Source: Elusimicrobiota bacterium (GTDB lineage: Bacteria; Elusimicrobiota; JBDRON01). From it: a stretch of 64,000 nucleotides of DNA. Of this stretch, positions 52,958 to 63,413 are shown piece after piece. A program made the translations under genes and the position numbers. The stretch spans positions 19,377 to 83,376 of the forward strand of contig JBDRON010000056.1 in the NCBI GenBank assembly GCA_043810025.1. Direction: 5' to 3'. The notes under the pieces were generated by a model, which was not told the origin of the DNA, did no database searches, and saw only the letters and a program-made list of their open reading frames with translations. Position 1 is the stretch's first letter. Each line of letters begins with the position of its first letter.

Positions 52958-54694
52958 TTGAAAAATATTAAGAAAACGGTTATTAATATCTTAGGCAGCA
53001 GCGGCCGGGGCTGTTCACCGTGCAATCCGGCATCTTCGGCGAACATGCCCAATAAACGGGCTAAACGAAGGGAGGTTAACTTGAAACCAAACATTGTCAA
53101 AATTTTTTTTCTTGGATTTATCAGCATAATCATCTTGATAACGGCTATCGCCGTTTTTGGCTGGTATGCAGCGAAAAAAATCGGTTATATCAAGGACAGG
53201 GTAATTGCCGGTTACCGGTTGGAAAAAGAAATTCTGCTCTGCCGGAGAGAAGAAAAAAACATTATAATTAGGGGTGTATCGCCGGAAGCTATTGCCCAAT
53301 GGCGGAATTCTTATGTCCGGATTCAAGATCTTATTCCGGAGATGAAAGCTAAAAGATATATTGGTTTAGCGGAAAGCCGGACTTTGGAAAAAAATCTGCT
53401 TACTTATGGACAATTATTTTTGACGTTTGTCAAACAAATCCAAGGGAAAAAGGCGTTGAATACGGAAATATTGAATTCTTACGATGAACAATTGAAAAAA
53501 ACCGGCCGGTTAATCTTGGAGACCGGTGAGCAAATTATTCAGCAATCCAAAACCCGGGCGAGAAAAATTACTCGAAGCGCTTTCAGTTTGTTAATTATTA
53601 TTTCTCTTTTGGGGATTGGTTTTTCGCTAATTTTGGGTTACAGGATTATCAAAACTACTCGGCAATCATTAAAAGAAAACGAAGATCTGGCTAAGCAATT
53701 AAAGCAAAATAATTTAGAACTAACCTTGGGTTTATCTGAGCTGAAACAGACGCAAAAAGAATTGGAAGAAATTAGTCTGGAAATGGCGCTGGAGTTGTCG
53801 GAGATTTTTAATATCCTAAGACGGGTGGCTGGAGGGGATTTAACCGCCGCCCCTTTAAGGGAATCCAAAAACGAACTGTTGACCAAGCTAAGAGTTGAAC
53901 TTAATCAAACGATCGGCAAGATTAAGCAGCAGAGGGAAGAGCTAAAAAGTTATACGGAGAAGCTGAAAGAAAGCAATACAAATTTGGAAGATTTTGCTTA
54001 TGTTGCCTCCCACGATTTGCAGGAACCTTTACGCAAGATAAAAAGTTTTGGCGACCTTTTAATGCTTAAATATAAAGATAACATAGATAGTCAGGGAGGC
54101 GATTATATTCAGCGGATGCAGGGTGCGGCTATTCGGATGCAGAAGCTGATTGAAGACTTGTTAAGCTACTCGCGGGTAACCCAAAAAGGACAACCGTTTA
54201 TGGCTGTTGATCTGAACATTGTAGTGAAGGAAGCGCTTTCTGATCTGGAAATCCGGCTCCGGGAGACTAATGGCCGGGTGGAAGCCGGGGATTTACCGGT
54301 AGTTAATGGAGATTCCCTGCAGCTTCGCCGGCTTTTTCAAAACCTGCTTGGCAACGCTTTGAAATTCCACAAAAAAGATCAGCCGCCGGTAATCAAGGTC
54401 TACAAAAACGATGTGCAGTTGGCCGGCGCTGATTCTTCAGTTAAACGGTTTTGCCTGATTGTTGTAGAAGACAATGGGATCGGGTTTGACGAACAATACA
54501 CGAACAAAATATTCGAAATTTTTCAGCGCCTGCACGGACGCGATGAATACGAGGGAACCGGGGTGGGGCTGGCAATTTGCAAAAAAATAGTTGAGTGGCA
54601 CGGTGGCGCAATAACCGCCCAAAGCCAGCCCGGGGAAGGAACAAAATTTATCGTTACTTTGCCGATGAAACAGATGGCGGTGGATGCGGGTTGA
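52958..54694 (+). CDS. sensor histidine kinase (membrane-anchored, coiled-coil/HAMP-like linker, HisKA + HATPase_c)
   Basis: TM segments; H-box FAYVASHDLQEPLRKI; N, G1, G2 boxes (LGNALKFH, DNGIGFD, GTGVGLAICKKIVEWHGG). Confidence 0.8.
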   Translation: MKNIKKTVINILGSSGRGCSPCNPASSANMPNKRAKRREVNLKPNIVKIFFLGFISIIILITAIAVFGWYAAKKIGYIKDRVIAGYRLEKEILLCRREEKNIIIRGVSPEAIAQWRNSYVRIQDLIPEMKAKRYIGLAESRTLEKNLLTYGQLFLTFVKQIQGKKALNTEILNSYDEQLKKTGRLILETGEQIIQQSKTRARKITRSAFSLLIIISLLGIGFSLILGYRIIKTTRQSLKENEDLAKQLKQNNLELTLGLSELKQTQKELEEISLEMALELSEIFNILRRVAGGDLTAAPLRESKNELLTKLRVELNQTIGKIKQQREELKSYTEKLKESNTNLEDFAYVASHDLQEPLRKIKSFGDLLMLKYKDNIDSQGGDYIQRMQGAAIRMQKLIEDLLSYSRVTQKGQPFMAVDLNIVVKEALSDLEIRLRETNGRVEAGDLPVVNGDSLQLRRLFQNLLGNALKFHKKDQPPVIKVYKNDVQLAGADSSVKRFCLIVVEDNGIGFDEQYTNKIFEIFQRLHGRDEYEGTGVGLAICKKIVEWHGGAITAQSQPGEGTKFIVTLPMKQMAVDAG

Positions 54695-54760
54695 AGAAAT
54701 AAGGAAAAATACCGGTTTATTGCCCAAGTAGAGCAGTCGAAATAAAAAAGGAGGATTTTT

Positions 54761-54985
54761 ATGGCGGTAGAAGTTCTGGATACCTGCGGTTTGAAATGTC
54801 CTCAACCGGTTTTAAAGCTTGCGGTTAAATCTCCGGATATGAAGACGGGAGATGTTTTGGAGATTGTTGGGGATTGCGAAACTATGGAACGAGATGTCCG
54901 GCTGTGGTGCCGGCGGCTGGGCAAAATTTTTCTTTCTACCCGTGATGAAGGACAAAACCGGAAACGGCTCCGAATCCAGTTTTGA
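54761..54985 (+). CDS. TusA-like sulfurtransferase
   Basis: 74 aa with LDTCGLKCPQPVLKL (CPxP motif). Confidence 0.7.
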   Translation: MAVEVLDTCGLKCPQPVLKLAVKSPDMKTGDVLEIVGDCETMERDVRLWCRRLGKIFLSTRDEGQNRKRLRIQF

Positions 54986-55071
54986 TGCCTGCCTCGCGGA
55001 TATCGGAAATTGAAAGTAGTAGCGGTCCTTATATTGTCGAAAAAAATATTTCCCTAAGGCGGTGCGTCTAG

Positions 55072-55449
55072 ATGAATGATCAGCGAATAAAAGTTCTTCT
55101 GGTTGATGATGATGAAGATTATTGGGTGATCACCCGTTCTTTATTAGCCGAGTCTAAAGATGTCCATTATGAGCTGGATTGGATCGCGGCCTACGACGCC
55201 GCTTTGGAAACAATTAAGTTGAATAAACACGATATTTATCTGCTTGATTATCGGATCGGATCGCATACCGGGCTGGATCTTCTTTCTATGGCGCTCGAGA
55301 ATGGTTGTAAAGCCCCGTTCATTATGCTAACCGGCCAGGGGGACCGGAAAACGGATGTAAAAGCGATGCAGATGGGGGCCGCCGATTATTTAAGTAAAGA
55401 CAAGATTGATGCGGCCTTACTGGATCGTTCCGTCCGCTATGCTATTTAG
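55072..55449 (+). CDS. response regulator receiver domain protein (CheY-like); ends at an in-frame TAG immediately before the PAS domain of the next gene
   Basis: REC motifs (VLLVDDDED, DLLDYRIG, FIMLTGQGDR, K at ...YLSKD); stop TAG at 55447-49. Confidence 0.8.
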   Translation: MNDQRIKVLLVDDDEDYWVITRSLLAESKDVHYELDWIAAYDAALETIKLNKHDIYLLDYRIGSHTGLDLLSMALENGCKAPFIMLTGQGDRKTDVKAMQMGAADYLSKDKIDAALLDRSVRYAI

Positions 55450-55533
55450 CGGAAAAAAAATGAAGATTACCTGCGTAATTCCGCCCAAGAGTGGCAAACC
55501 ACTTTTGACGCGATCAGCGACGGGGTAGTAGTA

Positions 55534-56979
55534 GTGGATGTTAAGGGGGAAATTCTGCGCTGCAATCGGGCAATGACCGAAATAATCGGAAAGCCGGCGG
55601 GAGAAATAATCCGGCGAAAATGCCATGAAATTATTCCCGGCGGTTCCGAGGTGGAAAGATGTCTTTTCTCAAGGGCGAAAGCTGCCGGTAAAGGGGAAAC
55701 CGGCGAGCTGGAATTTGGGGGAAAAAAATATCAATATTTTATTGATCTAATCCGGAATATTCAAGGCAATATTGTCGGCGGTGTCGGGAAAATAATGGAT
55801 ATTACCGAACGCAGGAAACTGGAGGAACGGTTATTGCAGTCGCAAAGGCTGGAAGCAATCGGTCAGTTAGCCGGCGGTATTGCCCACGATTTTAACAATC
55901 TGATGACTTCGGTGCTGGGTTACAGCTCTCTGATCTTAAACGGGTTGGCCGAAAATGATGTTTTAAGGGCAGACCTTGAGGAAATCCATAAAGCCGGTAA
56001 ACGGGCTTCTTTGCTTACCCAGCAGCTTCTGGCTTTCAGCCGCAAACAGATGCTGAAAGTTCAGCTAACGGATTTAAACAGCCTGGTTAGGGACATGGTC
56101 ATAATGCTCCAGAGGCTGATCGGGGAAGATATTAAACTATTTCTGGAGTTGGAACCAAAAATTGAAAAAATAAATCTTGATCCGGGGCAGGTGGAACAAG
56201 TAATTATGAATTTAGTGCTTAATGCCCGCGATGCGATGCCCGGTGGAGGTAAAATTACTTTCTCTACGGAGAATGTAAATATTAGCGGGAAGGAAAACAA
56301 AATTTTACCCGGCGCCCGGCCGGGACGGTTCGTCCGCTTTTCGGTTCAAGATAACGGAATCGGAATGAACGAAGAAATTCTTAAGCGTATTTTCGAACCG
56401 TTCTTTACCACCAAAGAGAAAAATAAAGGCACCGGACTGGGGCTTTCTACGGCTTACGGAATTATTGCCCAGCACGAGGGTTGGATTAATGTGGAGAGCG
56501 AGCCGAAGAAAGGAGCAATATTTAAGGTTTACCTGCCTGTGGTCAATACCGCGATAGAAAAGGAAATTATTGAAGAGGCTGCGGTTATTTTAAATGAACA
56601 CAAGGGTAAGGGGGAACGGATACTTCTGGTTGAAGATGAAGAAAATGTGCGCAAATTTGTTTGCCGGCTTTTAGCAGATAACGGCTATGATGTTTGTGAT
56701 GCCGTTGATGCCCGGCAGGCCCTGGAAATTTTTAAGCGGGATACAGGAAATTTTCAGCTTGTTTTTAGCGATGTGGTTTTGCCGGATAAAAATGGCCTGC
56801 AGTTGGCGGAGGAATTATTATTGCTTAAGCCCGATTTAGCCGTAGTTTTGGTCAGCGGTTATCTGGACGAAAAATCCCAGTTGGCGGCCGTGCAGGAAAA
56901 AGGTCTGGTCCTTCTTCAAAAACCTTATCCGGCGTCTTTATTGTTCAAGACCTTTAAGGAACAGATAAAACCGAAATGA
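55534..56979 (+). CDS. hybrid sensor histidine kinase (PAS + HisKA + HATPase_c + C-terminal REC); reading frame is open upstream to 55450
   Basis: H-box [18 protein letters not shown]-binding boxes, C-terminal REC ([10 protein letters not shown]...[12 protein letters not shown]). The annotated GTG start 55534 sits inside the PAS S1 box (...[19 protein letters not shown]). Confidence 0.8.
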   Translation: MDVKGEILRCNRAMTEIIGKPAGEIIRRKCHEIIPGGSEVERCLFSRAKAAGKGETGELEFGGKKYQYFIDLIRNIQGNIVGGVGKIMDITERRKLEERLLQSQRLEAIGQLAGGIAHDFNNLMTSVLGYSSLILNGLAENDVLRADLEEIHKAGKRASLLTQQLLAFSRKQMLKVQLTDLNSLVRDMVIMLQRLIGEDIKLFLELEPKIEKINLDPGQVEQVIMNLVLNARDAMPGGGKITFSTENVNISGKENKILPGARPGRFVRFSVQDNGIGMNEEILKRIFEPFFTTKEKNKGTGLGLSTAYGIIAQHEGWINVESEPKKGAIFKVYLPVVNTAIEKEIIEEAAVILNEHKGKGERILLVEDEENVRKFVCRLLADNGYDVCDAVDARQALEIFKRDTGNFQLVFSDVVLPDKNGLQLAEELLLLKPDLAVVLVSGYLDEKSQLAAVQEKGLVLLQKPYPASLLFKTFKEQIKPK

Positions 56980-57069
56980 AAGAAGCAGTTTTGGCAGGCT
57001 GGAATATTATTTGATGTTTGTATTGGTCATTTCGCTCGGACAAAATAGCTGGCTGGTAAAGGGGGGGGA

Positions 57070-59007
57070 ATGGTAGAAAAGGTTGGGGTGTTCATTTGTG
57101 ATTGCGGCACAAATATTTCTGAGAGTATCGAAACGGCAGAATTAGCCAAGTTTGCCGAAAAGCACGATGATGTAGTAGAAGTAAAAATTCATCGCTTGTG
57201 GTGTTCAGATGAAGGAAAAGAGGAACTGAAGCGCATAATTATGGAGAAAAAACTTTCCCGGGTAGTAATGGCTGCTTGTTCTCCGAAACAACACGAGTTA
57301 ACCTTCCAAAAAGTCCTAAGTTCAGCCGGATTGAATCCTTATCTCCTGCAGATGGTTAATCTTCGCGAGCAAATTGCCTGGGTTACTAAAGATAAGGCGG
57401 CGGCTTTGAAAAAAGCGGTTTCCCAATTAAATTCGGCGCTGAAAAGGGTGAGATTGCACAAACCTTTAGAAAAGAAAGAAATTGAATGTAAAACCGATCT
57501 ATTGGTAATCGGAGCCGGTATTGCCGGTATGTCGGCGGCTTTAACGGCTGTTCAGAAAAACAGGAAGGTCTATCTGGTGGAAAAACAACCTTGGATTGGC
57601 GGGAAGGTAGCGGCCTATGAAGATGTTTTCCCAAATTTAGATTGCGCTCCTTGTATGCTGGAACCAAAAGAAGACGATGTTCTTCATCATCAACAAATTA
57701 CCCTGCTAACCAATAGTGAAGTGGAAAATGTAAAAGGATTTTTTGGCAATTTTGAAGTGGAAGTTAAAAACAAAGCCCGGTTTATCGATGCCGATAAATG
57801 CATCGGCTGCGGGGCCTGTTTTGAGGTTTGTCCGGTTAAAGTGAAAAATAAGTTTGACGGTAACCTTTCGGAAAGGAGAGCTGTTTATACCGCGTTTGCC
57901 GGGGCGCTTCCTAATTTACCGGTAATCGATCGGGAAAACTGTCTGCGTTTTATCAAAGGTGAAGATTGCCGGAAATGTCAGGATGCTTGTCCGTGCGGCG
58001 CGGTTGATTACGAACAAAAGGATAAAACTGTTTCTGTGCAAGTCGGAGCGCTAGTGGTGGCCACAGGTTTTGAGCTTATGGATGTCAGCCGGCTGGAAAA
58101 TTTTTCTCCTCACCTGCCAAATGTTGTTAACGGTTATCAGTTTGAGCGGTTAACCAGTTCTACCGGACCAACCGGAGGAAAAATTTTAACTGCCGGCAAT
58201 CAACCGCCTAATTCCATTGCCTTTATCCACTGTGCAGGCAGCCGGGATAAAAATTACCGGGACTATTGCAGCGGTGTTTGCTGCGCTTATAGCCTTAAGC
58301 TGGCCCATCTGGCCAGAAAAAAACTCGGTAATATCAAAACCTACGAAATTTACTCCGACTGGTGTTTGCCCGGTAAAGGTTATCAGGAGTTTTATAATAA
58401 ATTTGCCTCGGAGGGAACCTGCTACCTGCGGGTGAATAATCCCAACGAAATCAAAATCGGCGCTAGCGGGAAAGGATTATTAGTTAATTACGGCGGCGGT
58501 TCCTTAACGGTGGATATGGTGGTCCTGGCGCCGGCAATCGTGCCTTCGTCCGGGGTGGAGGATCTGGCAATTTTACTGGGATTAGCCAGGGATAAAAATG
58601 GGTTTTACTTGGCTGAACACGAAAAAATCTCTCCGGCCTCGACGACTAACCGGGGAATTTATATTGCCGGATGCGCCGCCGGACCAAAAGATATCGCTCA
58701 ATCTGTCTTACAGGCGCAGGCCGGAGCGGGGATGGTTTTGAATATCCTTGTTCCCGGAGAAAAACTTGAGCTGGAAGCAGCTGTCTCCACCATTGATGAG
58801 AAACGATGCGGGGCCTGCCTGGTTTGTGTTCCCCTTTGTCCCTATCAAGCGATAAGTTTTGACGCAAAAGGAAAAACGGCGGTAATAAACGATGTTTTGT
58901 GTAGAGGGTGCGGGGTGTGTGCCGCCTCTTGTCCGTCCGGTGCGGCAGAAAATAAACATTTTACCGCCCGGCAAATATTCGCCGAGATCGAAGGAGTTAT
59001 GGAATGA
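57070..59007 (+). CDS. hdrA: heterodisulfide reductase subunit A-like flavoprotein (HdrA; FAD + multiple [4Fe-4S])
   Basis: FAD fold DLLVIGAGIAGMSAAL; four ferredoxin-type Cys clusters (CIGCGACFEVCP, CRKCQDACPCG, CGACLVCVPLCP, CRGCGVCAASCP); followed by mvhD. Confidence 0.85.
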   Translation: MVEKVGVFICDCGTNISESIETAELAKFAEKHDDVVEVKIHRLWCSDEGKEELKRIIMEKKLSRVVMAACSPKQHELTFQKVLSSAGLNPYLLQMVNLREQIAWVTKDKAAALKKAVSQLNSALKRVRLHKPLEKKEIECKTDLLVIGAGIAGMSAALTAVQKNRKVYLVEKQPWIGGKVAAYEDVFPNLDCAPCMLEPKEDDVLHHQQITLLTNSEVENVKGFFGNFEVEVKNKARFIDADKCIGCGACFEVCPVKVKNKFDGNLSERRAVYTAFAGALPNLPVIDRENCLRFIKGEDCRKCQDACPCGAVDYEQKDKTVSVQVGALVVATGFELMDVSRLENFSPHLPNVVNGYQFERLTSSTGPTGGKILTAGNQPPNSIAFIHCAGSRDKNYRDYCSGVCCAYSLKLAHLARKKLGNIKTYEIYSDWCLPGKGYQEFYNKFASEGTCYLRVNNPNEIKIGASGKGLLVNYGGGSLTVDMVVLAPAIVPSSGVEDLAILLGLARDKNGFYLAEHEKISPASTTNRGIYIAGCAAGPKDIAQSVLQAQAGAGMVLNILVPGEKLELEAAVSTIDEKRCGACLVCVPLCPYQAISFDAKGKTAVINDVLCRGCGVCAASCPSGAAENKHFTARQIFAEIEGVME

Positions 59008-59426
59008 ACAAAAATGATTTCGAACCGAAAATTGTCGGATTTTTTTGTAACTGGTGCAGTTATGCCGGAGCCGACCAGTCAGGTAATCAGCATAAAGAGA
59101 TACCGGCAAACTTGCGGACTATTCGGGTAATGTGTTCCGGCCGGGTGGAGCCGCAGTTCGTGCTCAAGGCTTTTAAAGAGGGAGCTGATGGAGTAATGGT
59201 GATGGGTTGTCATCCCGGCGACTGTCATTATAAGGAAGGTAATTACAAAATGCTGCGCCGGAAAAAATTGTTGGACCAGATGCTCAAGCAGTTTGGCATT
59301 GAGAAAGAACGTTTCCGGCTTGACTGGGTTTCGGCCGGTGAAGGCGAAAAATTCTCTCAATTGGTCACGGAAATGGCGGATACTTTAAAGAAACTGGGAC
59401 CGTTAAGAGTTAATAGAGCAGCTTGA
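59004..59426 (+). CDS. mvhD: methyl-viologen-reducing hydrogenase delta subunit (MvhD)
   Basis: IVGFFCNWCSYAGADQSG...IRVMCSGRVEPQFVLKAFKEGADGVMVMGCHPGDCHY (MvhD Cys pattern). Confidence 0.85.
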   Translation: MNKNDFEPKIVGFFCNWCSYAGADQSGNQHKEIPANLRTIRVMCSGRVEPQFVLKAFKEGADGVMVMGCHPGDCHYKEGNYKMLRRKKLLDQMLKQFGIEKERFRLDWVSAGEGEKFSQLVTEMADTLKKLGPLRVNRAA

Positions 59427-59460
59427 ATATCTTGCGTTCATTTTCCAAAGGAGGATGTAG

Positions 59461-60408
59461 ATGGGTAAACTTAAACTGGCTTTATATTGGGGGGCGTCCT
59501 GCGGCGGATGCGAAATCGCGGCGCTGGATATAAATGAAAAAATTTTGGCTGTGGCGGCTGTGGCCGACATTTTGCTTTGGCCGCTGGTTGTTGACGGCAA
59601 ATATAAAGATATTGAGGCGCTGCCGGATAAAACAATTGATGTCTGTTTATTTAACGGCGGGATACGTAATTCTGAAGCGGAACATAGAGCTAAAATGCTG
59701 CGAGTTAAATCCAAGACGCTGGTGGCTTTTGGCGCTTGCGCCGGTCTGGGAGGGGTGCCGGGCTTAGCTAACCAGTTTAGCCGGGAAGAAATTTTAGAAC
59801 GGGTCTATCAAACTACTCCTTCCACAGTAAACCCTGAAAAGGTTCGTCCCCAAACTAAAACTAAAATGCCGGAAGGCGAATTGGAAATACCGGAATTTTT
59901 TCCGCGGGTCCTGCCTTTAGATGAAGTGGTTAGCGTTGATTATTATCTTCCGGGATGTCCACCGACTGCCGAATGGGTGTTAAAAGCCATCGATGCTATC
60001 GTCAAGAATCAATGGCCGGCGCCCGGTTCAGTGATCGGATTGGAAAAAGCCGTCTGTGATGAATGTCCCTTGGAGCGGAAAAGTGAACGAAGTATAAAGA
60101 AATTTTATCGGCCGCAAGAAATTATTCCCGAACCGAAAAAATGTCTGCTGGAACAGGGGATAATTTGCTGCGGGCCGGCCACGCGAAGCGGGTGCAAAGC
60201 TCGTTGTTTGGAAGTGAATATTCCTTGTAGAGGCTGTTACGGACCACCGCCGGGAGTAGTTGACCAGGGGGCTAAAATGCTAAGCGCTGTAGCTTCGCTG
60301 ATTGATTCCGATCAAGAGGAGGAAATTGATCAAATAATCTCCGGAATCAAAGACCCTTTAGGAATATTTTATCAGTTCTCTTTGCCTAAATCTCTGTATA
60401 AGAAATAA
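59461..60408 (+). CDS. mvhG: NiFe hydrogenase small subunit, group 3c (MvhG-like)
   Basis: N-terminal proximal-cluster motif WGASCGGCEIAALD, further Cys clusters (GACAGLGG, CxxC...C); between mvhD and the large subunit. Confidence 0.8.
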   Translation: MGKLKLALYWGASCGGCEIAALDINEKILAVAAVADILLWPLVVDGKYKDIEALPDKTIDVCLFNGGIRNSEAEHRAKMLRVKSKTLVAFGACAGLGGVPGLANQFSREEILERVYQTTPSTVNPEKVRPQTKTKMPEGELEIPEFFPRVLPLDEVVSVDYYLPGCPPTAEWVLKAIDAIVKNQWPAPGSVIGLEKAVCDECPLERKSERSIKKFYRPQEIIPEPKKCLLEQGIICCGPATRSGCKARCLEVNIPCRGCYGPPPGVVDQGAKMLSAVASLIDSDQEEEIDQIISGIKDPLGIFYQFSLPKSLYKK

Positions 60409-60535
60409 GAATTCCCTTCCCCTTAAGGCTGGGTTTCCCCCTTTTTAAAGGGGGATCAAGGGGGATTTTACGACGATAAAAATCCTCCCTAACCCTCCTT
60501 TACAAAGGAGGGAATAACTAAAAAAACCGCGTTTT
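60408..60535 (+). repeat. Family A triple-hairpin element, copy A7 (compensatory stem-3 variant)
   Basis: ...TTT-CCCCCTTTTTAAAGGGGG-ATCAAGGGGGATTTTACGACGATAAAAATCCTCCCTAA-CCCTCCTTTACAAAGGAGGG-AATAACT; stem 3 reads CCCTCCTTT/AAAGGAGGG here versus CCCCTCTTT/AAAGAGGGG elsewhere. Confidence 0.7.
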
Positions 60536-60583
60536 TAGTAATATTATTTTTGACATTACCGCTAATTAGAAAGGGAGGTTAGA

Positions 60584-62047
60584 ATGAGGAAAATTACTAT
60601 CGATCCGATCACCCGGCTCGAAGGTCACGGTAAAATTGAGATATTTTTGAACGATGCAGGGGATGTGGAGAAGGCTTATTTACAGATCCCTGAACTGCGC
60701 GGTTTCGAAAAGTTTTGCGAAGGCCGGCCGGTCGAAGAATTGCCCAGAATTACAGCGAAGATTTGCGGGGTTTGTCCGGAAGCCCATCATCTTGCTTCCA
60801 GTAAGGCTGTGGATGCCGTTTACAAAGTTGATCCGCCGCCGGCGGCAAAAAAACTGCGGGAGTTGTTTTATATGGCCCATATCATGCATTCCCATATCGC
60901 TCATTTTTATGCCTTGGCTGCTCCCGATTTTGTTGTGGGTCCCGATGCTTTACCGGCGGAGAGAAATATTTTAGGGGTAATTGCTAAAGTCGGCGTGGAT
61001 ATCGGCAAAGAGGTAATCAAACACCGGGCTTATGCGCAGGACATTCAGACAACGATCGGGGGACGAGCCGCTTATCCGGTTTGTGGTTTGCCCGGCGGAT
61101 GCTCCAAAGCAATCAACGAAGACGAACGAAAGGAAATTGAAATTAAAGCTAAATCCTGTATCGAGTTTGCCAGATTTTCTTTAAAAATTTTTGAAGATAC
61201 GGTTTTAAAAAACAAAACTTATCTGGATATAATATTGTCTAAGGATCTTTATTATTTGAAAACTTATTATATGGGTCTGGTGGATAAAAATAACCTGGTC
61301 AATTTTTACGACGGCGCTATCCGGGTGGTTGATCCCGAAGGAAAAGAGTTTGCCAAATTTAAACCGGCCGATTATTTAGAACACATCGCCGAACATGTCG
61401 AGCCTTGGACTTATTTGAAATTTCCTTACCTGAAGAAGGTGGGCTGGAAAGGGCTTGTTGACGGAAAAGATTCCGGGGTATTTCGGGTTGCTCCGCTGGC
61501 TCGCTTGAATGCGGCTGAGGGGATGTCTACCCCGCTGGCTCAGACCGAGTACGAAAAAATGTATAAAACTCTTGGCGGGAAGCCGGTTCATCATACTTTG
61601 GCTTTTCATTGGGCCAGGTTGGTGGAACTGCTTTATGCCGCGGAACGGATGCTGGAGTTGAGTCAGGATAAAGATATTACTTCACCGGATGTCCGCGTTA
61701 TACCTACAGCTGTGCCGGATGAAGGCGTGGGGGTTGTCGAAGCCCCGCGCGGCACTTTGTTTCACCATTACAAAACTGATGCTGACGGAATGGTTAAGGC
61801 CGTTAATTTGATTGTAGCAACCGTCAATAACCATGCGGCGATGTGTTTGTCGGTAACCAAAGTTTCTCAAGGATTGATTAAAAAAGGGCAGGTTAACGAC
61901 GGTTTGCTGAATATGGTGGAGATGGCTTTTCGGGCTTATGATCCCTGTATGTCCTGCGCTACCCATTCCTTGCCCGGCAAAATGCCGCTGATCGTTAACC
62001 TGAAAAATCATCAAGGTGAAGTCATAAAGACGCTTCGGCGGGATTAA
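60584..62047 (+). CDS. mvhA: NiFe hydrogenase large subunit, group 3c (MvhA-like)
   Basis: N-terminal RLEGHGKI and Ni-binding CGVCPEAH; C-terminal DPCMSCATH motif. Confidence 0.88.
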   Translation: MRKITIDPITRLEGHGKIEIFLNDAGDVEKAYLQIPELRGFEKFCEGRPVEELPRITAKICGVCPEAHHLASSKAVDAVYKVDPPPAAKKLRELFYMAHIMHSHIAHFYALAAPDFVVGPDALPAERNILGVIAKVGVDIGKEVIKHRAYAQDIQTTIGGRAAYPVCGLPGGCSKAINEDERKEIEIKAKSCIEFARFSLKIFEDTVLKNKTYLDIILSKDLYYLKTYYMGLVDKNNLVNFYDGAIRVVDPEGKEFAKFKPADYLEHIAEHVEPWTYLKFPYLKKVGWKGLVDGKDSGVFRVAPLARLNAAEGMSTPLAQTEYEKMYKTLGGKPVHHTLAFHWARLVELLYAAERMLELSQDKDITSPDVRVIPTAVPDEGVGVVEAPRGTLFHHYKTDADGMVKAVNLIVATVNNHAAMCLSVTKVSQGLIKKGQVNDGLLNMVEMAFRAYDPCMSCATHSLPGKMPLIVNLKNHQGEVIKTLRRD

Positions 62048-62049
62048 CA

Positions 62050-62586
62050 GTGGATTTTGGATTGGCGATTGCGGAATGCGGAATGAAAAACAATAAAACT
62101 TTAATTCTGGGTCTTGGCAACCCGATTTTGTCCGATGATGCGGCGGGAATTATCGTTGGCAGAAAAGTCTATGAGTTTTTGCTGAATTCAAGATCAGTGT
62201 TTGCTGTGGAGTTTAGAGAAGCATCTTATGCCGGTTGGCGGTTAATTGATTTTCTTGGCGGATACAGCCGGGCAGTAATTATTGACGCTGTGCTTGATGA
62301 CAGTATGGCTGTGGGGGAAGTTTGTGAAATTAACAGATCGGCTATCTGTTCAATCCACTTGCAGTCTTCTCACGGAATGGGTTTGGCGGAAGCTTTGGAA
62401 TTAGCCGGGCAAAGCGGAATGCTGATGCCCAGGCAAATTTATATTTATGGGATCGGGATAAATAAGGCCGACAAATTTGGCGAGTCGCTTTCACCGGAAA
62501 TCGAACAAAAATTACCGTCAATTGTCCAAGAGATTGCAGAGGCTGTTAAAGACCGGTATCGAGAGTCGGATATTTGTTATAAATAA
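62050..62586 (+). CDS. hydrogenase maturation endopeptidase (HycI/HoxW/FrhD family)
   Basis: LILGLGNPILSDDAAGIIVG and ...DAV...HGMGLAEAL motifs; directly after the large subunit. Confidence 0.8.
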   Translation: MDFGLAIAECGMKNNKTLILGLGNPILSDDAAGIIVGRKVYEFLLNSRSVFAVEFREASYAGWRLIDFLGGYSRAVIIDAVLDDSMAVGEVCEINRSAICSIHLQSSHGMGLAEALELAGQSGMLMPRQIYIYGIGINKADKFGESLSPEIEQKLPSIVQEIAEAVKDRYRESDICYK

Positions 62587-62647
62587 GATCGATGTTATTT
62601 TATCTAAGGAGGAACGGGCTGGTTTTTTTACCCATTCAGATAAATTT

Positions 62648-63280
62648 TTATTCATAATCCTCCAGCTGATAGCTGGCGGCGATATTTTCTAACTGTTCAA
62701 GAATATGCTGTGTTTCGGTTTCCACTTTATTGAGTATTACTGTTTCTTCCTGACTAATTTTGCCGCTAAGTTTTTGCTGCAGCAAATTTAATCCGTTATT
62801 GGAGGCGGTCAAAGATGATTTTAATTCATCACCAAGAAATTGGCACAAGCTTTTATTTGTATCTTCCGCCTTTTTTAATTTGCGCAAACTTTCCTGCAAA
62901 TAATCATTGAGTTTGCGGATTCTCAGCAAACTTTTTACTCTGGTTAGCAGCTCTAATTGATTAAATGGTTTAGTGAGGAAATCGTCGGCTTTGTGCTGGA
63001 GACCTTTAATCTTATCGTCTAATTGGGAGAGAGCGGTCAGAAATATTATCGGAATAAACTGTGTAGCCGGTTCGCTTTTTAGAATTGAGCAGACCTGATA
63101 ACCGCTAAGTTCGGGCATCATTATATCCAAAATAATCAGATCGATATCCGCTTCTTTGGCTTTTTTCAATACTTCTTTGCCGTTTCTGCAAACGATAACT
63201 TCGAAATCTTCCGACTCCAAAATAATTTTCAAAGCATCGGTAATTGACAGCTCGTCATCCGCAACCAAAATCTTTCCCAT
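62648..63280 (-). CDS. response regulator (REC domain + C-terminal coiled-coil; no DNA-binding output domain)
   Basis: MGKILVADDELS..., DLIILDIMMPELSG, ...FLTALSQLDDKIKG; AAGGAG RBS before ATG 63280. The track N-terminal extension to 63403 runs through a Family B repeat and is rejected. Confidence 0.8.
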   Translation of the reverse strand: MGKILVADDELSITDALKIILESEDFEVIVCRNGKEVLKKAKEADIDLIILDIMMPELSGYQVCSILKSEPATQFIPIIFLTALSQLDDKIKGLQHKADDFLTKPFNQLELLTRVKSLLRIRKLNDYLQESLRKLKKAEDTNKSLCQFLGDELKSSLTASNNGLNLLQQKLSGKISQEETVILNKVETETQHILEQLENIAASYQLEDYE

Positions 63281-63310
63281 TTTTTTTCTCCTTTTACTAT
63301 TATTCGATAT

Positions 63311-63408
63311 AGTCGTAGTCTTGAGCCATGGGTCTTGAGTCTTGAGTCTTGAGTTTAAAAGAATCGATTCCTTTAAACTCAGAACCCATGACACATAACG
63401 CATGACCC
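63311..63408. repeat. Family B palindrome, copy B6
   Basis: GTCGTAGTCTTGAGCCATGGGTCTTGAGTCTTGAGTCTTGAGTTTAAAAGAATCGATTCCTTTAAACTCAGAACCCATGACACATAACGCATGACC; between the HK stop and the RR start within a minus-strand operon. Confidence 0.7.
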
Positions 63409-63413
63409 GTTAG

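Noticed and set aside
55447-55449. Genome-wide TAG (or TGA) stop-codon reassignment as the explanation for the in-frame TAG between the receiver and the kinase
   Set aside because: TAG terminates other well-conserved genes at their expected ends (for example nuoB at 5244-5246, cobT at 40511-13). TGA also terminates conserved genes (for example nuoD). A local nonsense mutation or sequencing error is more parsimonious.
14528-60535. Could the recurring repeats be a CRISPR array?
   Set aside because: Copies are dispersed singly over 46 kb between genes. They are not in a tandem repeat-spacer array with uniform spacing, and no cas genes are present. They are palindromic REP/MITE-like elements instead.
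57070-62047. Selenocysteine (in-frame TGA) in HdrA/MvhD/MvhA, as occurs in some Mvh/Hdr systems
   Set aside because: All four genes read through as uninterrupted ORFs with Cys at the expected cluster positions. No in-frame TGA or SECIS-like hairpin was noticed.
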